Source of the DNA: a candidate division WOR-3 bacterium
Lineage (GTDB): Bacteria > Hydrothermota > Tepidihabitantia > Tepidihabitantales > Tepidihabitantaceae
NCBI GenBank assembly: GCA_965649205.1
Contig: CBFGJV010000018.1
Coordinates: 3,053 to 56,399, forward strand
Length of the DNA stretch: 53,347 nt
Direction of reading: 5' to 3'
A model generated the notes under the pieces. It did no database searches. It worked only from the letters and a program-made list of their open reading frames with translations, and was not told the origin of the DNA. The position numbers and the translations under genes are program-made. The stretch's first letter is position 1; each line of letters starts with the position of its first letter. Shown here in pieces: positions 37,550 to 46,484 of the stretch.

Positions 37550-40500
37550 CTATTTGTCGGGCACAACCAGCTTGGTTGCTACGGATGCACCCGCGAGATC
37601 TAACCGAACCAGATAGACACCCGCAGGAATTCCCCTCAGATCAAGCGGAATACCCGACACACAATCAATCTTGTCCACAGAACGCATTAGCAGACTTCGC
37701 CCTACCGCATCAAACACCCGCAAAGTACCGCAATCAGCATGCGCAGCCCTTGCTTTGGAATGTCCCAAACCCACAACGCACACGATGGCAAACCTGTTTG
37801 TAACAGGACTGGGAGTAATACGCAAGGCCATTCTAGGTAATTCTTCTCTCTGACCTACCGACCGTCTTGCAGACAGAAACCAAAAGTTGGGGGCGTGATA
37901 CTGCGACTCAACGTACCTCCACAATTCGCGGGTCTTGTTTCCTTTCAACGCATAGAAGGCGCCCAGCCCGTAGCTGACCAGGTCTCCTCCCGCCTTCACG
38001 GCTTTAATTCCACCCGACCCATAAGTAGGAATAGTCTCCAGCGCAATCCAACTACCTTCAGCCGTCGGGTCAAATCTGTAGAATCCCTGGCTGCCACCTC
38101 CCTTGAGAGCATACAAGTATCCGTTATACCACGCCCCACAGGCACCATCCTTAGATTTTTTCTTCTTGTTCTCCCGCCCGGCCTCCGCACCAAGCCAGGG
38201 CATTCCTTTCAGAGCTGAACTATACCAGCTATCTCCCTTCAAGTCGTAGCGGAACATGAAATGATGCGAATCACTGCTCACAATACCTGCCTGATGGACA
38301 TAGAGACGGCTGTCTTCGTCGTAAACGAGGAACGAACCTTTTCCATACTTCCTCTTGTTGTTTCCTGCTGGAGCGCTGTCTAGAATGCTCCATTTCTGCG
38401 TTTCAACATCGTATCGATAAAAAGCGTTTTTGCCGCCACCGAGAAGATACAGAAACTCTTTACCGGCATAATTTACATATGCAAGGTCATTACCACCCTT
38501 TATCTTCTGGGGAGCGCGAGGCAAGGTATCCCAAGTACCGCTACCCACGTCATAACGCCAGAATCCTGGGGTATTGTTACCTCTCAGCACATATAGGAAG
38601 CGCTTACCATCCGACACGGCACAGGACCCTTTAGACACGGGCTTAGGTTTACCCAAAGATGGTTCTGTATCCGGAATGGGACTAAGTGTTTTCCAGCTAT
38701 CTCCTACCGGGTAATACTTGAAGAACTCTGTTGTCTTGTTCCCCTTAGCCACGTATATTACCGAACCGGAGAACTTCGGAATCGTAACATGCGGACGCCT
38801 CAAGACGGAATCCGATAACACCGCTACGTCTGGCCCTACAGCAAGCCACGCGCCGTCTCCAGAGACCGAACCATTTGGACCTACTGGCATAGACTTTACC
38901 TCGGTCCATCCTTTGCCCTGCATTGTTACAGTAAGCGCTACATTGTTTGTGAGAACCGGTGGATTATGGTCAAAATACATTGCCGCCCGGTTGTTGATTA
39001 TAGTTCCTGGTTCCAAGTCAGCCCTAGTTACTATCTTGTACCGCAAAAACCCACGACTGGCCTGCGCGTTAGCCCCGCTGTCGGCCAGTCTGATATTCGA
39101 AAAAGTCCAAACCCATTCCCCGTTCTCGCCAAGGCCGAATGCGTATTTGTGGCTTGAAGCTAGAGGACAAAAACTAGCCTGGTCTAAGTTGGGGTCTGGA
39201 ATCTGGCGGACAATAAGATCGAAAGCCGTATCGCTTCCTACGTTCTGGAAGTATATGGTGCAGTCTAAAGTATCATCCTGTTGCACATAGGGCGAAGGTC
39301 TCACTAGTATCATGTTCGACTCATACGATGCCTGCACGAGCTGAATCTCTGTATCTGAATTGTCCTGAGGGGTAATGTCTCCGGCCCGCGGCTCAATTAT
39401 CACCACAGTTGTAAGCTCGGTTCCAACAGGCACTACTGCGACCTGGCCAACCAGCGAGAGCACTCCTGTGCTGCCCGGAGGCAACGTGCTTAAACTCCAT
39501 GTGATACTGTGCGTTAACGGGTCATAAATTCCTGACGGGCCTGAACTCTTGTACGTCACATCAACCGGTAATGTCACCTTCACCATTGCTTCGACTGGCA
39601 ACGTGCCGGCATTCTCATAGAAGATGGAATAACTCCTCTCAGAACCTGGCCGGGCTGGACCGCCAGCAATACTGACCTTCAAATCTTGTACCGTGCCAAC
39701 CCTCTTATTCCCGAAGTCCTTTCCCGTAACAAACTCGCGGCTACCTACGTTTACTATGTGAACGCCAGGAGCAGACGGATAGGTTATTCGCCAATTGTTT
39801 TTCAACACTTCGCTTATCGCATACTGACCTGGAGGCAGCGAATGAAAAAAGTAATTTCCGCTTTCGTCGGTCAATACATACCGCGGTCCAGGGTCAAGCC
39901 TGACCGTCCAACCAGATAAACCACGCTCTACCGGCTGCCGGGAACCCGAGCCGTTTTCGTCGTCATAGACAGTACCGGCTATGCTTGCCCCTCGGCGACC
40001 ATAGCGTCTATAATACATTTGTTCATCAAAACGCGAAACCAAGCCGACAAAGACAACATGGACGTCGGAAGCAGTAGCCGCAACCGAGGGAGTATGACAA
40101 CCAGCGGCAGTCGTAAGCTGGTACTCTGCACTCCAGGTTTGACCCGCATCAGGAGAACGTTTGTAGTAGACATTGGTATCACTGCTGCTTCGCGTTCCTT
40201 CCCAAACCACATGAATCCGTTCGCCTGCAACAGCAATGGCAGGACGACCAGAGTAGCCGCCCGGGTTGGTTAGTCGCACACGTGCTTCCCAATTCTTCCC
40301 TCCGTCGTTAGAACGCATCCAGTAAACTTCGCTACTGTCAAACGACGCTCCGTCACACCAAACAAAATGAACAGTACTGTCCAAAACTGCAACCGACAGT
40401 TCCCATCCGCAGGCCAGTGCAAGTTGAACGCTTCCTTTCCAGCTCTCACCCCCATCTTCCGAGCGGTTATAAATGACTGCATAACGACCATCGTTCTCCC

Positions 40501-41101
40501 CTATCCAAAACACGTGAACCTGATTTCCCGCTGCTTCAATTACTGGGAAGTATGCCCCCCTTTCCGAAATACTGACTGGGCTGCTCCAGCTAATTCCCCG
40601 GTCGCTGGACCTGCAATACATGACCTCGGCTCCGCCGGGCAAGGAATTTTGCCATACCACATGAACGCTGTCACCAGAAACGGCTAACGCGGGAGCGTAA
40701 AGAGTATCAGAAGAAGAAAACAGCAGTTTCGTCTCTTCCCAATTCACCCCCCCGTCGGTCGATCGTCTATAGTAAATACCCCCCTCTTCGCCCGCATATG
40801 TCGCCCATACAACATGCACACAACTTCCTGTGACAGCAACTCCCGGGGTCGCATTCTGTGTACCGGAACTCAACACAGTTTTCTCGTCCCACACTACTCC
40901 GCCGTCATTGGAACGCACGTAACAGATTTCTCCCCCTCCTTCAACCCAGACAATGTGCACAACTTCACCCGCAACAGCAATAGGCCGCGCATTACTGGCC
41001 AGCCGACGTAAACCCGGGCCGTTGGTTAACTGCTGAATCGGCTGCCACTGACCGAAAATCGCGGTTGCAAGAGCCAAAATCATTGCCCAGTATCTTGCCA
41101 C
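37550..41101 (-). CDS. secreted mosaic protein: Asp-box (BNR) propeller, SdrD-B-like, DUF11-like and DUF7619-like domains, second Kelch-like propeller, T9SS-like C-terminal domain
   Basis: GTG start with GGAGG SD and signal peptide; six S-x-D-x-G-x-x-W boxes; GTVYDDENG...ERGLSGWTV; YSIFYENAGT; TIYFQNVGSDTA; LKG/LRG-x4-F-Y/W-R-Y repeats; DLRGIPAGVYLVRL...TKLVV. Confidence 0.8.
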   Translation of the reverse strand: MARYWAMILALATAIFGQWQPIQQLTNGPGLRRLASNARPIAVAGEVVHIVWVEGGGEICYVRSNDGGVVWDEKTVLSSGTQNATPGVAVTGSCVHVVWATYAGEEGGIYYRRSTDGGVNWEETKLLFSSSDTLYAPALAVSGDSVHVVWQNSLPGGAEVMYCRSSDRGISWSSPVSISERGAYFPVIEAAGNQVHVFWIGENDGRYAVIYNRSEDGGESWKGSVQLALACGWELSVAVLDSTVHFVWCDGASFDSSEVYWMRSNDGGKNWEARVRLTNPGGYSGRPAIAVAGERIHVVWEGTRSSSDTNVYYKRSPDAGQTWSAEYQLTTAAGCHTPSVAATASDVHVVFVGLVSRFDEQMYYRRYGRRGASIAGTVYDDENGSGSRQPVERGLSGWTVRLDPGPRYVLTDESGNYFFHSLPPGQYAISEVLKNNWRITYPSAPGVHIVNVGSREFVTGKDFGNKRVGTVQDLKVSIAGGPARPGSERSYSIFYENAGTLPVEAMVKVTLPVDVTYKSSGPSGIYDPLTHSITWSLSTLPPGSTGVLSLVGQVAVVPVGTELTTVVIIEPRAGDITPQDNSDTEIQLVQASYESNMILVRPSPYVQQDDTLDCTIYFQNVGSDTAFDLIVRQIPDPNLDQASFCPLASSHKYAFGLGENGEWVWTFSNIRLADSGANAQASRGFLRYKIVTRADLEPGTIINNRAAMYFDHNPPVLTNNVALTVTMQGKGWTEVKSMPVGPNGSVSGDGAWLAVGPDVAVLSDSVLRRPHVTIPKFSGSVIYVAKGNKTTEFFKYYPVGDSWKTLSPIPDTEPSLGKPKPVSKGSCAVSDGKRFLYVLRGNNTPGFWRYDVGSGTWDTLPRAPQKIKGGNDLAYVNYAGKEFLYLLGGGKNAFYRYDVETQKWSILDSAPAGNNKRKYGKGSFLVYDEDSRLYVHQAGIVSSDSHHFMFRYDLKGDSWYSSALKGMPWLGAEAGRENKKKKSKDGACGAWYNGYLYALKGGGSQGFYRFDPTAEGSWIALETIPTYGSGGIKAVKAGGDLVSYGLGAFYALKGNKTRELWRYVESQYHAPNFWFLSARRSVGQREELPRMALRITPSPVTNRFAIVCVVGLGHSKARAAHADCGTLRVFDAVGRSLLMRSVDKIDCVSGIPLDLRGIPAGVYLVRLDLAGASVATKLVVPDK

Positions 41102-41198
41102 CTTACCTCCTCTTTTGACTGCCCGTTCGCCAGCAGGACGTTTGCAAAAACCGTCAACTAAGTCAAACGTCCCTCAGGCCGGACGACAAAATCAGAAC

Positions 41199-43334
41199 TC
41201 AATCAAACAGGATAAACTTTGTAGTCGGTGCGTACACAGGACCCTGCAGTTGGACAAAATAAAATCCAGCTGATTGTCTCACGCCTTCGTAATTCCGCAG
41301 ATCCCAGACAACCTCCGGCTGGTCTGCTGCTAGCTCTCGTACTACTCTGCCCAGTGCGTCATACACCACCAGCTTGTACCCAACTGCCGGCTCGGATACA
41401 CGAAATACAGCCTTACCTTTCAAGGGACTGGCAGCCGTCACTCTCAAAGCCGACACCTTTCTCTGCGCGTCCTCCCCGTTCACCCCCGTAAACCTCACCC
41501 AGAATGACCACAGAGTGCCAAATCTTCCCCAGCCAAACTGATTACGGGCCCTGCAGGTCCACTTGTAGGAGCGACCGTAAATGAGAACACCGTCAGGAAT
41601 CTGGTACCACCAATCAGTTGTTTTGTGACGGAGTATCGTATCCGTACCGTAAATTACCCTGAAATCTAGACTATCGCCCCTGTAAAGTGAATCCACTACA
41701 AGGACTACCGGAGGAGTGAGTATCTGCTGTCCGTTGGGCGGTTTGAGAAACGTCGGAGGTAGCGGCTCGCGCACAATAGTGAAGTTACTGATAGTCCCGT
41801 CGCCCGAAGTCAAAGTCGTGCCGTTATACTGTTTAAGTCTGAGCCGGACTGACTCCTGCACCCCCAACGAAGGCGATACATACCACCTATAAACGCCGTT
41901 GTCAGGGATGCCGGAAACCAGAGTTTGCCAAGTTTTGCCGCCCGTTACTGAGTAATCGATGGTAACACTGGTTCCGGGGTTGCCGAAGTTATTCCATATC
42001 ACATTCACTGTGTCACCAGCCTGCAAAACTTCACCCCCACCTGTCCTGTTGTAGGCAGTATCTCCCCGAGGATAAATTAGCTCCAGTTTACGTGGATCTC
42101 CGCCAGCAGGACGCGGCGAGGCGACTTGCGACGTACCGTTGCCGGAATGAGCCCACCACGCTGCCGGTGCCCACCAGGTGTTATGCACATACAAATACTT
42201 ATCTGTACGATAGCCAAAGCAGGCAAGCGAATGAGCTTCCCAAGTCACTGACCAAACAAAGGGATAACCACCATTTATCTCAGATGTTATGGTGCTCCAG
42301 GCCCAGTCATTAAAGCTGGTTCCATTTGTGGAATTTACCGTAAAAGAATAATTGTTACCATAGCCGTTGGCCGCATTGCGCAGTCCTGTCGGTATGGCGC
42401 TCATATAGGTTCCACCGCTATTCACCGTATCCGTCCCCATAGCCACAGCACATTCATACTGCGTATTGGGATTCTGATAGTTCATCCCCTTGAGTACGGG
42501 ATCGTAGCGCTGCCAGTAGTGATCAACCAACCGGCCGTAGTTCTGCGTCCTGTCAATATACCCCAGCACCATTGCGGCAGCAGTAGGTGAGCAACCGTAT
42601 CCCCAGTTATAGAACGGTGCTCGCTGCACTTCCGGAACGTAGTATTCAGCAAAATCGGTGAAATCACGCCGCAATACTTCATCCCACTCTTGTCGATGAA
42701 TACGCTCAATCTCCTCCGCATTGTACCAGTCCTGCGCTCGCTCCCATGCCCGTCCCAGCTCCACGTATTCTCGAAAACTCTCTCGTGAATTCCAGATTCG
42801 TTCAAAGTGGTTGGACATCACCACGTGCTCTCCCGCAGAGTTACCGAATTCCAGAAACGCTCTGCTTCCATTAAAGTAGATACGTGTAAGAAACGCTTCC
42901 TCTCCAAGAATTGCCCGTGCCCGCTGCTGCGCTTCTTCTCCGATAGCAAAATACTCGGAGGTTCCGTACCCGAAACACACTATGGGTACAAGGTCATAGC
43001 GGGCCGATGCTAGAATGTAGCTGTACTTGGATTTCCACCGAGATAAATCAGTGTTCACCGTCAAACGCTCACGCTCAGCCAGCATATCACGCGTTACCTC
43101 TTGCTGCTCAGGAAAAATCGCTCCGTCAGTTCGGAAATGAAAACAGTAAGCCACAGTGGTTCCAGTTTCATCAACGTAGGGAATAACCGGCCCCATACGA
43201 CAGCCAGGCCACTCTGCTTCTGCCTTGCGAACCACCAGTTGCCTCACTGTTCCAAAATCAACCGCGTTAGGAGGCGTGGCACCCCATTCGGGCATACCTA
43301 ATGCTGCGATAACCAAACAGAGAAAATAAATCAT
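41199..43334 (-). CDS. secreted papain-like cysteine peptidase (C10/C39-like) with probable prodomain, Ig domains and T9SS/FlgD-Ig-like C-terminal domain
   Basis: Signal peptide; YGCSPTAAAMVLGY (Cys248), AHSLACFGY (His368), VHNTW (Asn385); C-terminal VYDALGRVVREL...WDLRN...AGFYFVQL...TKFIL. Confidence 0.75.
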   Translation of the reverse strand: MIYFLCLVIAALGMPEWGATPPNAVDFGTVRQLVVRKAEAEWPGCRMGPVIPYVDETGTTVAYCFHFRTDGAIFPEQQEVTRDMLAERERLTVNTDLSRWKSKYSYILASARYDLVPIVCFGYGTSEYFAIGEEAQQRARAILGEEAFLTRIYFNGSRAFLEFGNSAGEHVVMSNHFERIWNSRESFREYVELGRAWERAQDWYNAEEIERIHRQEWDEVLRRDFTDFAEYYVPEVQRAPFYNWGYGCSPTAAAMVLGYIDRTQNYGRLVDHYWQRYDPVLKGMNYQNPNTQYECAVAMGTDTVNSGGTYMSAIPTGLRNAANGYGNNYSFTVNSTNGTSFNDWAWSTITSEINGGYPFVWSVTWEAHSLACFGYRTDKYLYVHNTWWAPAAWWAHSGNGTSQVASPRPAGGDPRKLELIYPRGDTAYNRTGGGEVLQAGDTVNVIWNNFGNPGTSVTIDYSVTGGKTWQTLVSGIPDNGVYRWYVSPSLGVQESVRLRLKQYNGTTLTSGDGTISNFTIVREPLPPTFLKPPNGQQILTPPVVLVVDSLYRGDSLDFRVIYGTDTILRHKTTDWWYQIPDGVLIYGRSYKWTCRARNQFGWGRFGTLWSFWVRFTGVNGEDAQRKVSALRVTAASPLKGKAVFRVSEPAVGYKLVVYDALGRVVRELAADQPEVVWDLRNYEGVRQSAGFYFVQLQGPVYAPTTKFILFD

Positions 43335-43367
43335 TTCTACTCCTTTCGTCCTAAGGGCCGATGATTT

Positions 43368-43395
43368 ATTCTAGCCTTGACCAAATCCCTGTCAA
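43368..43395 (-). promoter_or_regulatory. sigma70-type promoter of the cysteine peptidase gene, overlapped by an inverted repeat
   Basis: TTGACA-16-TAGAAT on the minus strand; TTGAC-N9-GTCAA at 43377-43395; AAGGAG SD. Confidence 0.7.
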
Positions 43396-43420
43396 TGACA
43401 CGGGTCAATGCTTCTAGCCA

Positions 43421-44725
43421 TTACGGCATTAGCCGGTATCTGTCTCTAGGGAAAAAGCTGGCCTCCCGGACATTAGTTAGGCCAAGCAGTTGTTGGGTCA
43501 GTCTCTCGCATCCTATAGCCAAACCTCCGTGAGGAGGCATGGCGTATTTGAATATCTCCAGATAAAAGGCAAAGTTTTGAGGATCACCGCCAATACGCCG
43601 AATACTGTCCACCAGCATTCCGTACTCGTGAATACGCTGGCTGCCAGTAGTAACCTCAAGTCCTCTGAAAAGACAGTCAAACCCCAACGTTAATTCCGGA
43701 TCCTCCGGGTCCGGCATCGTATAGAAGGGTCTGGCGGACCGGGGATAACGCGATATGAAAACAAATTCGGAGCCGGTAGTTTTCAGAACATAATCACAAA
43801 TCTGCCTTTCTCCCTCGGGGTCAAGATCCACCATCCCTGTGGTATCGCGACCATAGTCCTTAGCTAGAATGGCCAGAGCATCCTTGAGCCGTATTTCCGG
43901 CATCTCTCCCACCTTAGGCAGCTCGGCTTTAAGCAGTTCAAATTCCTGCTGGCAGTTACGTCCGAGATTCTCCACCAATGTCTTCAGCAGACCCCTTTCC
44001 ACGTCTATCACGTCGGTATAGGATTCGATAAAGCCCATTTCAAAGTCCAAAGACAAATACTCGTTTATATGCCGAGAGGTGGCGTGATCTTCAGCCCGGT
44101 ACACAAAACCTATCTCAAACACGCGCTCAAAACCAGCGCCCACTAACATCTGTTTGTAGAACTGAGGGCTCTGAGCCAGATATGCCCACTGTTCAAAGTA
44201 TTTAACAGGAAAAAGTGCAGTTCCACCCTCTGTTCCTGCTTTTACGATTTTAGAAGTATGCACCTGGAGAAACCCCAAGTTACGTAGATATTCCGCAAAA
44301 GTACGCACAATCTCTGCCTGGACTCGGAAAGGAGCAGCCAGTTCTGGATTCCTCAACGAAAAAGCGCGATGGTCAAGAACCATGTCCAGTTTGAGATTAA
44401 GCTTGTCCTTGGACCGGCTCACCTCGAAGGGAATTTCTTCAACCGGTTCAATGAGCGTCCTTATGGAAGTGACCTCCAGTTCGACACCACCCTTTACTTG
44501 TGCCTCCTTTTTCACCCGTCCTGTTACTTCCACTATGCTTTCACGCTTCAGACCAGCCACGCTGACTTTCGCAGTATCAAGGACTACCCCCTGGGCCACA
44601 CCGGTACGGTCTCGTACTAACACAAAGGCTATCTTCCCCTTGTCCCGCACATGATGCAACCAACCTACAAGTCTAACTTTCTGTCCTACATTCGCAGCCA
44701 GTTCTTTCGAAAGTGTTCTACGCAT
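43421..44725 (-). CDS. aspS: aspartate--tRNA ligase, archaeal-type (AspRS2)
   Basis: 434 aa, no GAD insertion; YLAQSPQFYKQM, YRAE...RHINEY, GSQRIH, PPHGGLAIGCERL, FPRD. Confidence 0.92.
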   Translation of the reverse strand: MRRTLSKELAANVGQKVRLVGWLHHVRDKGKIAFVLVRDRTGVAQGVVLDTAKVSVAGLKRESIVEVTGRVKKEAQVKGGVELEVTSIRTLIEPVEEIPFEVSRSKDKLNLKLDMVLDHRAFSLRNPELAAPFRVQAEIVRTFAEYLRNLGFLQVHTSKIVKAGTEGGTALFPVKYFEQWAYLAQSPQFYKQMLVGAGFERVFEIGFVYRAEDHATSRHINEYLSLDFEMGFIESYTDVIDVERGLLKTLVENLGRNCQQEFELLKAELPKVGEMPEIRLKDALAILAKDYGRDTTGMVDLDPEGERQICDYVLKTTGSEFVFISRYPRSARPFYTMPDPEDPELTLGFDCLFRGLEVTTGSQRIHEYGMLVDSIRRIGGDPQNFAFYLEIFKYAMPPHGGLAIGCERLTQQLLGLTNVREASFFPRDRYRLMP

Positions 44726-44734
44726 CGAAAAAAT

Positions 44735-45406
44735 CTACCTGTCGGAATCCGAACTGTCAAGCGAATCCAGGGAGAACCTGCGCTCCCGCACCAGATATAT
44801 CATCGGCAAAGAAATCAAGGTCACAACTCCCTTTGCTATAACGTTGGCAGCAAAAATGCTTACCACCACCGACGCGGGCATCCGGCCCCCAAAGGCTAAA
44901 ACGCAGAAAACTGCCGAATCCAGTGGCACACTTACCCCGTTTGAAACAAGCACACGCGCCCACTGCCGACACCTCCCCATTCGCTTCACCCAAAACTCGT
45001 AAACCTCACCGTCAATCAATTCTGAAATCACCTCTGCCACAATCGACGCAACAACAATGCGCCAAAGAGCCCAGGTAGTAGGAGCTAGAACTCTCCCAAA
45101 CTCAAGTTGGGGCCCAATGTTCGAGTCTGGCGGCAACCAGGCAACCAAAACAAAAAGTCCAGCCATAAACAAATTAATACCTGCCGCTGCCAAGATTAGT
45201 GCTCGCGCAACTCTTATTCCCCCTGCCTTGTGTACCAAGTCACGCAACGTAAAGGTAAAGGGATAAACTAAAGTACCCGCGTCCACGCTAAACCCCGCAA
45301 TTACCACAATCCGCAGACTTGCGATATCGGAGAATATCTGGGTGGCAATGTAGGCTGCGCTTACAAGCGCAACGGAGGTAAGGTTACTGTACTTGTGACC
45401 ACTCAT
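44735..45406 (-). CDS. queuosine precursor transporter (YhhQ/VUT, DUF165 family)
   Basis: DAGTLVYPFTFTLRDLVH, RIVVASIVA, RVLVSNGVSVPLDSAVF motifs; about 6 TM helices. Confidence 0.85.
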   Translation of the reverse strand: MSGHKYSNLTSVALVSAAYIATQIFSDIASLRIVVIAGFSVDAGTLVYPFTFTLRDLVHKAGGIRVARALILAAAGINLFMAGLFVLVAWLPPDSNIGPQLEFGRVLAPTTWALWRIVVASIVAEVISELIDGEVYEFWVKRMGRCRQWARVLVSNGVSVPLDSAVFCVLAFGGRMPASVVVSIFAANVIAKGVVTLISLPMIYLVRERRFSLDSLDSSDSDR

Positions 45407-45493
45407 ATACTGGCAGCACGTGTAGATACCGACATCGCAATAATAGCATCACTATCCCGATATTCTTATCCTGGTCAAGTCTGGAGTATGTCC

Positions 45494-45521
45494 TTGACTC
45501 TTGCAGTCTGGTGCCTATGCT
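45494..45521 (+). promoter_or_regulatory. sigma70-type promoter of argF-trxB
   Basis: TTGACT-16-TATGCT; GGGAG SD before ATG 45553. Confidence 0.55.
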
Positions 45522-45552
45522 TACTAATCTTACGGAAGGGAGTTTTATTAGT

Positions 45553-46479
45553 ATGAAAAAAGATTTGGCTTCTGTAAATGATTTGTCCCGAGAGGAATTC
45601 TTGACCTTGCTTTCTTATGCCCAAGACCTAAAACGGACGATAATCGGTAAGAGAAATTTGAACTTGGCGCCAGGTCGAATTGCAGCCCTGATTTTCGAAA
45701 AACCGTCGCTCCGCACTCGGGTTACCTTTGAAGTAGCTATGAGACAGCTTGGCGGTTCTGCTGTCTATCTCGGTCCACAGGAAGTAGGCCTAGGTGTGCG
45801 TGAGTCAGTTCCGGATGTGGCCCGCAATCTTTCCCGCTGGGTCGACTGTATAATTGCCCGCGTTTTCGAGCACGAGAAAATCATCCAGCTTGCCGACAAC
45901 TCTAGCAAACCGGTCATAAACGCCCTCTCTGACCTTGAACATCCCTGCCAGATTCTTGCAGACTGTTTAACCATTCTCGAACACCAAGGTAAGCTGGAAG
46001 GTACGGTCATAGTTTGGACTGGCGACGGAAACAACGTATGCAACTCCTTGATGATTGCCTGTGGTTTGCTTGGTATGCATATGAGAGTCGCAACCCCCAG
46101 AGGGTTTGAACCTCCCAAAACAATAGTAGAGCTTGCCAATGAGCATGCCCGTAAGACCGGTGCTGAAATCACTCTAACCCATGACCCCGCCCTGGCAGTA
46201 AAAGGCGCCCATTTTATATACACCGACACCTGGGCCTCCATGGGTCAAGAAAGCCAAGCAGAGCAGCGCCGCAAGATCTTCCGACCCTTCCAAGTCAACG
46301 CAGAGCTGGTCAACTTGGCTGAACCCACCACAAAAGTAATGCATTGCCTGCCCGCCCATCGAGGCGAAGAAATAACCAGCGAAGTATTGGACGGCCCTAG
46401 GTCCATTGTTCTCGATCAGGCCGAGAACCGTCTTCACGCCCAGCGGGCATTGTTAGCTCGGCTACTGTCCGCATACTGA
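45553..46479 (+). CDS. argF: ornithine carbamoyltransferase
   Basis: FEKPSLRTR, HPCQ, GDGNNV, DTWASMG (SMG loop), HCLP, QAENR; start ATG 45553. Confidence 0.93.
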   Translation: MKKDLASVNDLSREEFLTLLSYAQDLKRTIIGKRNLNLAPGRIAALIFEKPSLRTRVTFEVAMRQLGGSAVYLGPQEVGLGVRESVPDVARNLSRWVDCIIARVFEHEKIIQLADNSSKPVINALSDLEHPCQILADCLTILEHQGKLEGTVIVWTGDGNNVCNSLMIACGLLGMHMRVATPRGFEPPKTIVELANEHARKTGAEITLTHDPALAVKGAHFIYTDTWASMGQESQAEQRRKIFRPFQVNAELVNLAEPTTKVMHCLPAHRGEEITSEVLDGPRSIVLDQAENRLHAQRALLARLLSAY

Positions 46480-46484
46480 AGGAA

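Noticed and set aside
31207..41101. CRISPR array or diversity-generating retroelement TR/VR pair among the repeats
   Set aside because: The repeats are degenerate in-frame protein domains with largely synonymous differences; no reverse transcriptase or cas gene is present
41110..41195. Hammerhead-like ribozyme (CCTGAGGG...GCGAAC around a stem)
   Set aside because: The core deviates from CUGANGA and GAAA, and the three-helix junction cannot be closed
45407..45480. preQ1 riboswitch upstream of the queuosine-precursor transporter
   Set aside because: Short leader with no preQ1-I hairpin or A-rich tail
45553..46479. SLRT instead of STRT, suggesting an N-acetyl/N-succinyl-ornithine transcarbamylase
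   Set aside because: The SMG loop (DTWASMG), HPCQ and GDGNNV are those of ordinary OTCase
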